Source of the DNA: Candidatus Moraniibacteriota bacterium
GTDB lineage: Bacteria > Patescibacteriota > Minisyncoccia > Moranbacterales > GCA-2747515
Direction: 5' to 3'
Assembly (NCBI GenBank): GCA_040772365.1
Contig: JAXGYI010000001.1
Coordinates: forward strand, 5,416-69,415
Length of the DNA: 64,000 nt
The notes beneath the pieces were generated by a model. That model was given only the letters and a program-made list of their open reading frames with translations, was not told the origin of the DNA and made no database searches. The position numbers were made by a program, and so were the translations under genes. This document shows, in pieces, positions 1-9,193 of this stretch (its first letter is position 1; the number at the start of each line of letters is the position of its first letter).

Positions 1-257
1 AATTTACGTGAACTGATCACGATCTGAATTTGAAAATCCAAAGAGTTGAGAAAATTTTGATACGCACCGATAATCGCCCGCTGCTCATCGGAGGATTTAA
101 GATCAAAGTTCACCGTTGATACAAGTAAAACGGATCGTAATGTGCCGTTTTTCAAGACCACAACACCATCCTTGATTGTCTTAATATCTACATATCGCAG
201 TGTACTATTCCCAACTGATGCTTCTTTTTGTTTTTTTGATGATGAAAAAATACTCAT
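1..257 (-). CDS. VirB4/TraC-like N-terminal-domain protein of the CPR T4SS-like cluster (partial, runs off the left edge)
   Basis: Manual translation from ATG at 257: MSIFSSSKKQKEASVGNSTLRYVDIKTIKDGVVVLKNGTLRSVLLVSTVNFDLKSSDEQRAIIGAYQNFLNSLDFQIQIVISSRK; resembles the protein that follows PrgI in Patescibacteria; not in the ORF track because it is truncated. Confidence 0.7.
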   Translation of the reverse strand, partial: MSIFSSSKKQKEASVGNSTLRYVDIKTIKDGVVVLKNGTLRSVLLVSTVNFDLKSSDEQRAIIGAYQNFLNSLDFQIQIVISSRK

Positions 258-264
258 AATATTA

Positions 265-711
265 TTATTTTTGTTTTGCGCGTTCACGAATAATTTTTTG
301 GATACGATCATTACGTTCTGCTCCACGTGTATCCAATGTTGCTGCAATAGCCACAACATCCTCTACAGCTAATTGTCGTTTTTCTTTTTTTTGAGATCTC
401 TGCTTCTGCTCAATTGTTTTCTTTGGTGGTTTGACAATCTCATTTTGCCATGTGTATACCTTGGGACGGAAAAGGTATGTGAATCCATAACCAATAAATG
501 TAATCAATGACACACCATTTGGTCGATAAAATGCCAACATAAATGTAGCAATTGCAGTCGGCACAGCGATAATATAAAACGTTACTGTATCTACGAGATT
601 CCACAATATAGCCAGGATTGTTCCACCTGCAAAGAACCAACCGATATGTTTCCATGTGAGCGGCCCCGCAATTTTATCTTCCACATCAATATACTGCGGT
701 ACAATCTGCAT
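265..711 (-). CDS. PrgI family membrane protein
   Basis: N-terminal VPQYIDVEDKIAGPLTWK motif, two TM helices, RPKVYTW tail. Confidence 0.85.
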   Translation of the reverse strand: MQIVPQYIDVEDKIAGPLTWKHIGWFFAGGTILAILWNLVDTVTFYIIAVPTAIATFMLAFYRPNGVSLITFIGYGFTYLFRPKVYTWQNEIVKPPKKTIEQKQRSQKKEKRQLAVEDVVAIAATLDTRGAERNDRIQKIIRERAKQK

Positions 712-844
712 ATAACATTTTATATTACTGACTTCGTGTGTATTTTATCACCAATCACGTAAAATACAAAGTCTCTGGAATACTTCCGTGTATTGTACAG
801 TACATCATGATTTAAAAACTTCATGAAATACCTCACGGACCTTC

Positions 845-2245
845 TTAACCCCTCTCAGAATTTGGCGCGAGATACTTTTTCGTTGATTGTAGTGTGTGTT
901 TTTTCTTACGCTCAATTGGTAAATTATGATTTGAGCTGAAAGAAATCACACCTTGCACCACAGCATCCTCCTGCACAACAGGTAAACGATCTGGCGCATG
1001 CACTGTCGTCGGAACCATTGCGCCGTAACCACTTTGTAGTGCCATGGCACGTGGTGCCTCTAAACCCTTTTGAGGTGCTGCTGGGAGGCGTGACGGTTGC
1101 TGTGTGCGACTCTGTGGCGGAGTCATACCCCGCGAGATTTTCTGTGACACCTGCTGCGTCTGTGATGATGCTTTTTTCCGTGGTGCACTCTGCGATGTTA
1201 TCACAGAATTCGACACTTCTTTTTCTGTAGTGGTATGCGTCACCGGCGTTTGTCCCCACTGTGGGCGGTCTTCCGCAGGTTTCTGCAATCCACGACCATT
1301 CATGTCTCGTCGCTGTGGCACAAATCCTCCCGATGATCGCACACTTTGCACAGCATTACGGATCGTATATTGCGTCACATCATGAGGAAAGGCTGTGTTG
1401 CGACGCACCATACCCTCACGATCCTGAACAGTGCGTGGTGTAGTACCATTAATTGACTCTTCTGCAAAAGATACTGTACTCGCACGATCTGCATCACGCT
1501 CATTATCTACATCATCCTGGGGCTGTACATCAAAAACGAGTGAGCGCTGATCACGATCAATTGTTAGTGGCATGTCTTCATCACGCGATTTGAGGAGTAG
1601 TGCTAACTTTCGTCGATCATCCTGCGATAATCCTCGCGTCGGCTCTGCACGAAAAACAAAATTTCCACGCTCAAGAGCTGTATGCTTACTCGCGCCAAGA
1701 ACTTTCTCGTACACCATAATCCAATTTTTTACGCTTGGCTTGAGTGGTTGTGGCAGTGATCGCATCACGATTTGCACACTCGTTACCACCTGATCCTTAA
1801 TTGCAGGGTATTGTCGCAATGCCTGCTCCAGTGGTAGTGATACGAGGTGACGTCGTAGTTGTTGCGGTTCATCATCCTCTTCTTCATCGCGCTGCGGCGC
1901 GGGTGTGATGTTTACCATTTCCCGCAACATACGCAACCCCTCCTGCGGCGGAATCCCACACACCTGCGCGATGTGTTGCACAAACGCATCCTCCGACACT
2001 TCGCGAAAAAAATATCTACGCACACTACGGGAAAACTCCTCCGTCTGTGCGTCATTGAGGTGATATTTTTGTTCAATGGTGAAAATGTATTTGGTAATTT
2101 CCCGTGATTTGAGGATCTCCTGAATACGCTGTGGAAATGTGCGAAAAACTTTCCATAGATGAATATTCTTTTCCGAAAAAAAGTCCTCCTGGTTTACACC
2201 GGCAAGCATGGGAAAATATTTCTCTTTCTCATCAAAAATGTCCAT
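845..2245 (-). CDS. hypothetical protein with low-complexity C-terminus
   Basis: 466-aa ORF co-oriented and tightly packed between the VirB6-like gene and prgI. Confidence 0.75.
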   Translation of the reverse strand: MDIFDEKEKYFPMLAGVNQEDFFSEKNIHLWKVFRTFPQRIQEILKSREITKYIFTIEQKYHLNDAQTEEFSRSVRRYFFREVSEDAFVQHIAQVCGIPPQEGLRMLREMVNITPAPQRDEEEDDEPQQLRRHLVSLPLEQALRQYPAIKDQVVTSVQIVMRSLPQPLKPSVKNWIMVYEKVLGASKHTALERGNFVFRAEPTRGLSQDDRRKLALLLKSRDEDMPLTIDRDQRSLVFDVQPQDDVDNERDADRASTVSFAEESINGTTPRTVQDREGMVRRNTAFPHDVTQYTIRNAVQSVRSSGGFVPQRRDMNGRGLQKPAEDRPQWGQTPVTHTTTEKEVSNSVITSQSAPRKKASSQTQQVSQKISRGMTPPQSRTQQPSRLPAAPQKGLEAPRAMALQSGYGAMVPTTVHAPDRLPVVQEDAVVQGVISFSSNHNLPIERKKKHTLQSTKKYLAPNSERG

Positions 2246-2250
2246 AGGTC

Positions 2251-4176
2251 TTATGAATTCATTTCACGCATTGTCTTCCTTGCTTCTCTGGCAGCTATTC
2301 TACTACCACCTTTCTCAAATGCAACTTGCTCATCAGTATTCATGGCATCCATAAAATCCTGCTGACTTCGCGCACTCCTGAGATTCTGATATCGATCATA
2401 AACGAAGTTAAAATCGTCTCGATATTGCGGATTTTCTTCGGCGCCATATTCCTTGATCGCCTTTTGTTTTGCAAGAGTTTTCACTTCCATCTTACCATAC
2501 ACATTTTTCAGTGCCTGCTGCCGTATCTCCGCAGAACTCAAGCTTACCTGACCCATTCTTGCCTTTTCTGCTTCCTTTTTTGTAATCTCACTCACCTCTA
2601 GTTGTACGACATTGTGTCCATAACCACTTTCGCGCATCTTCCTCTTTACAGCCTTTTGTGTTTCAGTATCAAGTTTATCAAATGTTTTGATAAGTTCATC
2701 AACCTCCTCATTTAATAAGTCCACCCTCTTTTCCGAGAGGACCTGTGCTTTTGCCTCACTACCAATATCCGTTGCTGTATTAATTGGCGCTTCCCGCATT
2801 TTCTTCTTTTCTTCTTCAATTTTCTTACCCTTGCTCCTCTCCAGCGCCTTTTTATCACCACCCGCCCACTCTGGACCTATTGAAACACCACGTGCAATAG
2901 ACTCATCTATAGTTGATTGATATTGCCTTGCAGACTCATCCTTGAAATTCCTTGCACGCGTCGGTAAACTACGTAAAACAGACATACCCTTTGCAACCCT
3001 TCTATCTAATGCACTATTTTCATTATTCGCCATATAATTAACCCCAGATCCAACAAGGCGATCCGTTGCCCTCCATCCCAAAACGGCACCTCCCTTACCA
3101 AGTCTCTGAACCCTATTCCTCGCCTTACCTGCCATATTTAATGCAAAACCCGTGCCTTCCGCACCAACTTTTTGCGCAGCAATAATCGCCCCCCACATCA
3201 CAAGAATAGCAATTAAATACTGCAACAATGTAAAAACAATATTAGAAGACACGCTATTCTCACCGGACACTGTTTTTGCTGCACCCCAAATTTGCATCTG
3301 CCCCAACTCATCCAAGATGGATATGGCTAATATAATGGCAAATAATGTAATAGGACCCACAAGTAGCTGCTTTGTAAAACCACTCCACCATTGAGAGGAA
3401 TACGACTGTGTTGAGGGAAATGCTGCCATGACATAACCAGCGGACGCAAAGATGAGATAGATTGTTAACGCCACAACACGCACAATTAAAACCATTGCAA
3501 TTGTACCAATGGTTAAGAGGAAGATGATGCCGACAATAATCCCCATGATCAGTGATTGATAGACACCCTCTTTATTCATTTGAAGTTTATGTCCTTTGAA
3601 ATAAGCATCTCCGATAACCAGTTTTGCAAATTGCGTCCTATCGGCAAATTTTCCCATAATACCACTCCCTGTCACACCACCACTTCCACTATTACCACTC
3701 CCATGAAGAATATACGTCATGGTAACGTTGGATACATCCACCAAGACGCGCGTGATTGGCCATGAGAAATTCACCAAAAGTGCCATCACAATAATCATCA
3801 CCCACGTATTGCGAATATGATAGCGCGAAATTTGAAAAACCGTGCAAAATGCGGAGTAGAGAAGGAAAAAGATAAAAAACATATTCAAAATATCCCGCAC
3901 TGTCTTCCATCCGGTATATACCGCACGATTATTCAAAATATCCATAACCTGCGGTTTCAATGTTAAATCAATCAGTGAAACAGCTAGAGAAATCAGCCAT
4001 CCTATAAGCCCAATAATTGCCAAAAATAGATTACCGACAAAATCTTCAATACCTAATGCTCCGCCGCCGGTAGCCTTTGGGTCTCCAGATCCAATATTTG
4101 CCTGCGCATAGGAAACCTGTACACACAAAAAGACTTGTGTAATAATTAATAGGATAAAAATTATTCTTTTACTCAT
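2251..4176 (-). CDS. VirB6/TrbL-like polytopic membrane protein
   Basis: Signal peptide, multiple TM segments, GWKTVRDILNMFFI and ALLVNFS motifs seen in CPR VirB6-like proteins, charged C-terminal tail. Confidence 0.7.
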   Translation of the reverse strand: MSKRIIFILLIITQVFLCVQVSYAQANIGSGDPKATGGGALGIEDFVGNLFLAIIGLIGWLISLAVSLIDLTLKPQVMDILNNRAVYTGWKTVRDILNMFFIFFLLYSAFCTVFQISRYHIRNTWVMIIVMALLVNFSWPITRVLVDVSNVTMTYILHGSGNSGSGGVTGSGIMGKFADRTQFAKLVIGDAYFKGHKLQMNKEGVYQSLIMGIIVGIIFLLTIGTIAMVLIVRVVALTIYLIFASAGYVMAAFPSTQSYSSQWWSGFTKQLLVGPITLFAIILAISILDELGQMQIWGAAKTVSGENSVSSNIVFTLLQYLIAILVMWGAIIAAQKVGAEGTGFALNMAGKARNRVQRLGKGGAVLGWRATDRLVGSGVNYMANNENSALDRRVAKGMSVLRSLPTRARNFKDESARQYQSTIDESIARGVSIGPEWAGGDKKALERSKGKKIEEEKKKMREAPINTATDIGSEAKAQVLSEKRVDLLNEEVDELIKTFDKLDTETQKAVKRKMRESGYGHNVVQLEVSEITKKEAEKARMGQVSLSSAEIRQQALKNVYGKMEVKTLAKQKAIKEYGAEENPQYRDDFNFVYDRYQNLRSARSQQDFMDAMNTDEQVAFEKGGSRIAAREARKTMREMNS

Positions 4177-4218
4177 ATTTAATATTATTCCCCACCCATG
4201 AAAATATTATAACATAAA

Positions 4219-4253
4219 ATATCCCATTGGAGAAAATTTCTCCAATGGGATAT
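4219..4253. repeat. perfect 17-bp inverted repeat (terminator or operator)
   Basis: ATATCCCATTGGAGAAA-A-TTTCTCCAATGGGATAT. Confidence 0.8.
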
Positions 4254-4269
4254 GTAAAAAACAGTATTT

Positions 4270-4752
4270 TTACATTGCCATTATCTTACCACCAGCACCA
4301 TAGTTATTGGCGATATTCCTATAATCCCTCAACTCCGCTTCATATTTTTTTCGCCCCTCCTCATCACCAACATGGTAACATTCCAGTCCATATTGATCGG
4401 AGTTGTGTGAGTCTAACTTAAAAACAGTTCCCTCCTTAATCGGTATAATAATGAGAGCGCAAACCATATCTCCCTCTTTTTGTGACTGAATCCCATACCT
4501 CATAACAATCCAGTGGATATTTTGCTTATACGTGTAAGCTTCGATATTGGATTCCGTAATTTCAGCATCCACCCCAAGATCCTTAAGTAAACCAATAATA
4601 AAAGGATCACTTATCGCCCTAAGTCGATCATCATCATTTACAATCTTCTCATCTGAAGATATTGATGATGGTTCTTTTCCTCCACCAGCACACCCCAAAA
4701 AAAATAGAGGTGCTAAAACTGCCATTACTAAAAAAGTAATATTCTTTTTCAT
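4270..4752 (-). CDS. putative lipoprotein
   Basis: ATG at 4752 preceded by SD GGAGGGG; MKKNITFLVMAVLAPLFFLGC lipobox. Confidence 0.75.
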   Translation of the reverse strand: MKKNITFLVMAVLAPLFFLGCAGGGKEPSSISSDEKIVNDDDRLRAISDPFIIGLLKDLGVDAEITESNIEAYTYKQNIHWIVMRYGIQSQKEGDMVCALIIIPIKEGTVFKLDSHNSDQYGLECYHVGDEEGRKKYEAELRDYRNIANNYGAGGKIMAM

Positions 4753-4908
4753 AATATCCCCTCCCAAGATTTCATGAAAGAAAAAATCCCATATCGCGCC
4801 ACAAATACATATTCTTGTATTTTTAAGGGACGGCTGGGATCTGTTTATCCCGTAAAAACCACCAACTACGTTTTCTGTGACTTTTACGGAAATTACAGAT
4901 ATCAAGCG

Positions 4909-4937
4909 ATTATAGCATTATTTTCATTTTCTGTCAA
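4909..4937 (-). promoter_or_regulatory. sigma70 promoter
   Basis: TTGACA-17bp-TATAAT with extended TG. Confidence 0.8.
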
Positions 4938-5039
4938 TAGTTTTCCGTATTAAAATATTAAGTGGAGATATTGCATATTCAGTTAGCGCTAATAACAGTA
5001 TACCGCATAGCAACCACCTCTGTAAATAGTAGTGTAATG

Positions 5040-5450
5040 TAAATTCGTGAAATGTGAGTAGGTTATATATCATATAAAATACCTAATGAGGGTATTAGTA
5101 TATATTTATATAAATCTATTATTAGTTACTAGTATTGTGGATAAGTAGATAAGTGAGGAAAGTCCCTAAAGAATCACGTTTTAGTGTTACTAGGAGATGT
5201 TAGTGAATACGGAGTGCGTTGTGGGGAAAACCTAGGGAATTCTTAGGTTAGTTATTTACCCACATATCACACTGAGAATATATTCTGTTATACAGTGATT
5301 GTCGCGTGGTTATACCAAGAATGCTGTATACTTATAAACAGGTTATGTGGATAAAGTATAGATGTGTGGATAAGTTGTGAGTGTGTATATAGTTTTTTAA
5401 TTTAAATCGAGGTGAGTAGATGAAGATCAGTAAAATATTGATCTTTGTGA
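5040..5450. other. oriC: probable replication origin (oriC) DnaA-box cluster
   Basis: Perfect TGTGGATAA at 5136-5144, 5346-5354, 5365-5373; one-mismatch boxes at 5256-5264, 5332-5340, 5382-5390; AT-rich tract 5060-5135; apparent GC-skew switch. Confidence 0.7.
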
Positions 5451-5487
5451 AATTTTATGTTATGATTGGCATTTATTAGCTTGTAGT

Positions 5488-6453
5488 ATGGCAGAAGAGT
5501 TTTTTGTGGAAAATATGGACATCGGTATGCGTGTAGATCGCTTTTTGGCGCAAAAATATACAAATCTTACACGAGGGGAAATTGCGCGAATGTTGCGTTC
5601 AGGACATATCGTTGTAGATGGGGCACAAGCTAAGCCGAGTTTCGTGTTGCGTGGTGGTGAGCATATTTTTATGAGCGAGAGAAGGGAGAAGGTAGAATCT
5701 GTTATACCAAACCACGGTCTTTCTATATGTATTGTGGAGGATATGCGTGATTTTCTTGTGGTTGATAAGGCGCGTGGCATACAGGTACACCCAAGTCATC
5801 GTGAAAAAGAAAACACACTTGTCAATGCTCTTGTGGCACGTTATCCACACATTACCACTGTTGGTGATGATATAATGCGTCCAGGCATTGTGCATCGTTT
5901 GGATAAGGATACAACAGGATTGATGGTGGTGGCGAAATCACAGCGCGCGTTTATGGCGCTTAAAAAAGCATTTCAGGAAAAACGCGTGTACAAGGTGTAT
6001 CATGCTTTGGTGTGGGGTAATGTGAGAGGGGATGAGGGTGTAGTGGATGCGCCAATTGCACGTGCCACGTCATATACTAAACAAAAAATCGCCTTCGGAA
6101 AATATGTTGGGGATGCTAAGGATGCAAGAACGCGCTACCGTGTAGTGGCGCGTTATGATGTGTGTGGTGGTGAGGTGTCGTTAGTGGAATTATATCCCGA
6201 GACGGGTCGCATGCATCAAATTCGCGTGCATATGGCGCACATTGGGCATCCCCTTGTGTGTGATGTGCGTTACTATCGCAAAACAGAACAGAGATTACCC
6301 ATACCACTGCCAAAAACATGTGATCCATCTACATTTTATCTGCATGCCAAGGAGTTAAATTTTACACTTTTCGATAAAAAATATCATTTTACATCAGAAT
6401 ATCCAGAGAGATTTCACTGTGCAGTTGATTTTTTGAAGAAAGGTAATATATGA
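5488..6453 (+). CDS. rluD: RluA/RluD family pseudouridine synthase
   Basis: S4-like N-terminus, HRLDKDTTG catalytic motif, TGRMHQIRVH. Confidence 0.9.
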   Translation: MAEEFFVENMDIGMRVDRFLAQKYTNLTRGEIARMLRSGHIVVDGAQAKPSFVLRGGEHIFMSERREKVESVIPNHGLSICIVEDMRDFLVVDKARGIQVHPSHREKENTLVNALVARYPHITTVGDDIMRPGIVHRLDKDTTGLMVVAKSQRAFMALKKAFQEKRVYKVYHALVWGNVRGDEGVVDAPIARATSYTKQKIAFGKYVGDAKDARTRYRVVARYDVCGGEVSLVELYPETGRMHQIRVHMAHIGHPLVCDVRYYRKTEQRLPIPLPKTCDPSTFYLHAKELNFTLFDKKYHFTSEYPERFHCAVDFLKKGNI

Positions 6454-6462
6454 TAATGGATT

Positions 6463-6864
6463 ATGGGAAGAAAAAATAGTAATCATGAGATGTATGAGGT
6501 AAAGCGATCGTATACTGGACTAGGGCTTTTTGCAGCGCGTAATATTGCACGTGGTGAGTGGATTATTGAATACACGGGTGAGCACATCACACATGATGAG
6601 GCGAATCGTCGTGGTGGGCGATACCTTTTTACATTAAACAGTGACATCGTTGTGGATGGTAAGGGGCGTGATAATGTAGCACGTTATATTAACCATGCCT
6701 GTATACCAAATGCAGAGGCGGTAATTGAGGATGATGCGCATATTATGATCTATGCCATTGCGGATATTGCTACTGGTACAGAGATTACCTATGACTATGG
6801 ATCGGAATATGTGGAGGAATTTATCACAGGAAAATGTCGATGTATACAGTGTTTGCGTAAGTAA
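6463..6864 (+). CDS. SET domain protein (lysine methyltransferase)
   Basis: GLGLFA, RYINHACIPN, EITYDYG and post-SET CRC..C motifs. Confidence 0.9.
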   Translation: MGRKNSNHEMYEVKRSYTGLGLFAARNIARGEWIIEYTGEHITHDEANRRGGRYLFTLNSDIVVDGKGRDNVARYINHACIPNAEAVIEDDAHIMIYAIADIATGTEITYDYGSEYVEEFITGKCRCIQCLRK

Positions 6865-6892
6865 AATATGTAGTAAAGGTATAGAGGATAAT

Positions 6893-6923
6893 AAAAAACC
6901 CTCACCAGTAGTGAGGGTTTTTT
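6893..6923. terminator. bidirectional intrinsic terminator
   Basis: AAAAAACCCTCAC-cagta-GTGAGGGTTTTTT between convergent units. Confidence 0.8.
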
Positions 6924-6934
6924 ATAATACTGTG

Positions 6935-7006
6935 AGCGAGTGAGCGGAATCGAACCGCCATTTCTACCTTGGCAAGGTAATGTAATAACCATTATACGAC
7001 ACTCGC
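6935..7006 (-). tRNA. tRNA-Gly(GCC)
   Basis: GCGAGTG...CACTCGC acceptor stem, TT GCC AA loop, GTTCGATTC. Confidence 0.93.
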
Positions 7007-7030
7007 TTTTACTAACAGGGTGTTCTGCTG

Positions 7031-7102
7031 TGGGACTAGCAGGGTTCGAACCTGCGACCAAGCGGTTATGAGCCGCGCGCTCTACCTCTGAGCTATAGTC
7101 CC
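7031..7102 (-). tRNA. tRNA-Ile2(CAT) (lysidine-type); Met not excluded
   Basis: GGGACTA/TAGTCCC acceptor stem, CT CAT AA loop; CGCTTGGTCGC segment resembles known tRNA-Ile2. Confidence 0.85.
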
Positions 7103-7172
7103 AGGCGCTGTTGCTTGTGTCGCCACGCCACCATGTTATCCGATTTTTAGCACTGCGTCAATAAAATCATCA

Positions 7173-7247
7173 TGGTGCCGAGGGAGAGAATCGGACTCTC
7201 GACACAAGGATTTTCAGTCCTTTGCTCTACCACTGAGCTACCTCGGC
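7173..7247 (-). tRNA. tRNA-Phe(GAA)
   Basis: GCCGAGG/CCTCGGC stem, CT GAA AA loop, encoded CCA; T-loop reads TCCGATT. Confidence 0.92.
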
Positions 7248-7282
7248 ATGACGTAAATATCATAGCACATCATAGTGTTTTG

Positions 7283-7356
7283 TGCACGCTGAGAGACTCG
7301 AACTCCCGGCCCTCTCGGTGTAAACGAGATGCTCTAACCAACTGAGCTAAGCGTGC
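7283..7356 (-). tRNA. tRNA-Val(TAC)
   Basis: GCACGCT/AGCGTGC stem, TT TAC AC loop. Confidence 0.93.
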
Positions 7357-7445
7357 AGTATAGATCCTATCCCATTATATACTGTTTTAAAGGTATGCGC
7401 CACATATAGTTTCTTTTGGAAAATCGTACTATCTGCATAGATCTG

Positions 7446-7530
7446 TGCCCAGGGCGGGACTTGAACCCGCACACCCCGTGAGAGGTCTAGGCCCTCAACC
7501 TAGTGCGTATACCAATTCCGCCACCTGGGC
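7446..7530 (-). tRNA. tRNA-Leu(GAG)
   Basis: GCCCAGG/CCTGGGC stem, TT GAG GG loop, long variable arm. Confidence 0.93.
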
Positions 7531-7561
7531 ATCACATCCACAGCACAGTGCTGTGGGAGGG

Positions 7562-7984
7562 TTATACAACCTCCTCTTCTACTGGTGTCGCTGGAGGAGT
7601 TTTTTCTTTACTTGTAACAGCTGTGTCTTCTACTGCGGGAACATCAGCATATTTAAAACGTAAAGCCTTGTTTGCTTTTTCGCGGACATAATACAGCTTA
7701 GACTTTCGCACATGTGCACGTTTGACAATCTCAATTTTATCAATATTTGGAGAGAAGATTGGGACAATGATTTCCACACCCACGTCATTAGACACTTTTC
7801 GTACAGTCACAGTTGGTGAGCTACTTTGGCGTCCCTTTACAGCAATAATCATTCCTTCAAAAATTTGTATACGTTCCTTCTCTCCTTCTCTAATCTTTCG
7901 ATGGATCTTCACGATATCACCAGCGCGTAGATCGATGGTCGTTTGCCGTTGTGATGTATTAAATGTGATGACTTCGTTATGCAT
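7562..7984 (-). CDS. rplS: 50S ribosomal protein L19
   Basis: GDIVKIHRKIREGEKERIQIFEG, VRKSKLYYVR. Confidence 0.97.
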   Translation of the reverse strand: MHNEVITFNTSQRQTTIDLRAGDIVKIHRKIREGEKERIQIFEGMIIAVKGRQSSSPTVTVRKVSNDVGVEIIVPIFSPNIDKIEIVKRAHVRKSKLYYVREKANKALRFKYADVPAVEDTAVTSKEKTPPATPVEEEVV

Positions 7985-8259
7985 AGCAGTTACGTTAATT
8001 TATGGGATAAGACCTTCTCAGGGGAAGTACAAGATTGTGAAACACGGGATCATAAAGTAGAAAAACTGCCTTTGTGGCAGCTATATGCATGCCCTCATTT
8101 TTCAAACCTGTTGTTTATGATAGAATAGGATGACGTTTTCGTCAATATCTTGCCAAGAGAAGGTTTTTGGTGTAGGCTGAGTAAGTAATTTAGTTATTTT
8201 TCTCGTGTAGAGCGGTTACATAAACATTGAGAACGGCTCTATGGCAGAAGTAAAAATGT

Positions 8260-8535
8260 ATGGTATTGACAACACGTCAAAAGAAGAACGCAACAAAGGA
8301 TGTTAAGCGACATGATAGCGATACGGGGTCACCAGAATATCAAATCGCTCTCTTTACTACCCGTATCAATAAACTTACAGCACATCTCAAAAAAAATAAG
8401 CAGGATTTTCATTCTCGTCGCGGACTACTCAAGATGGTAGCAAAGCGCAAGAAATTAATGGACTATCTCGCACGCACCGATCAGAAGGCACATAAAGCAG
8501 TTATAAAAAAACTTGGTTTGCGGGAGCGTAAATAA
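8260..8535 (+). CDS. rpsO: 30S ribosomal protein S15
   Basis: DTGSPEYQIAL, HSRRGLLKMVAKRKKL. Confidence 0.97.
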   Translation: MVLTTRQKKNATKDVKRHDSDTGSPEYQIALFTTRINKLTAHLKKNKQDFHSRRGLLKMVAKRKKLMDYLARTDQKAHKAVIKKLGLRERK

Positions 8536-8582
8536 TACGCTCTTTTGCATTTATGTAGTACGGTAATAGAAAATATATTTTT

Positions 8583-9077
8583 ATGAAATATAAAGATCAG
8601 CGCGTGGCTGTTTTAGTGGATATTCAAAATCTCTACTACAGTGCACGTGTGCTCTATAGTAAAAAAGTCAACTTTAAAAATCTCCTAACAGCTGCAGTGG
8701 CGGATCGTAAATTAATTCGTGCAGTAGCTTACGGTATTTCTACAGAGGAGGCGCAGGAGGAGAAGTTTTTTGATGCCTTAGAAAAGGTGGGTTTTGAAGT
8801 AAAGGCAAAAGATTTGCAAATTTTTGCTGGTGGACAAAAAAAAGGTGATTGGGATGTCGGTATTGCAATTGATGCCGTAAAACTTGCAAAGACTGTAGAT
8901 GTAATCATTATTGCATCTGGTGATGGTGATTACGTACCACTTGTAGAATACATCCAAAATACAAATGGATGTCGCGTTGAGGGTATTGCTTTTGGCGAAT
9001 CTACAAGCACGCGACTTATTGAGTCGCTTGATGACTTCACTAATCTCTCAGATGATAAGCGGAAGTTTCTTATCTAG
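8583..9077 (+). CDS. NYN domain (LabA/DUF88) protein
   Basis: VDIQNL, KGDWDVGIAID, SGDGDY acidic motifs. Confidence 0.92.
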   Translation: MKYKDQRVAVLVDIQNLYYSARVLYSKKVNFKNLLTAAVADRKLIRAVAYGISTEEAQEEKFFDALEKVGFEVKAKDLQIFAGGQKKGDWDVGIAIDAVKLAKTVDVIIIASGDGDYVPLVEYIQNTNGCRVEGIAFGESTSTRLIESLDDFTNLSDDKRKFLI

Positions 9078-9156
9078 AGAAATTCGTTCACTGCTGTGAT
9101 GTAGCAGCTCAGTATAGTGATAGTTATCATGCTCTTTTAAGGACAAAGCGAAAAAG

Positions 9157-9193
9157 AAAAAACCACTCTTTTTATGTATTAGAGTGGTTTTTT
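9157..9193. terminator. bidirectional intrinsic terminator
   Basis: AAAAAACCACTCT...AGAGTGGTTTTT. Confidence 0.8.

Noticed and set aside
5154-5164. RNase P RNA (GAGGAAAGTCC signature)
   Set aside because: No matching 3' P4 strand (AGAA-N-CGGCTTA-like) or P1 pairing found; lies inside the DnaA-box cluster
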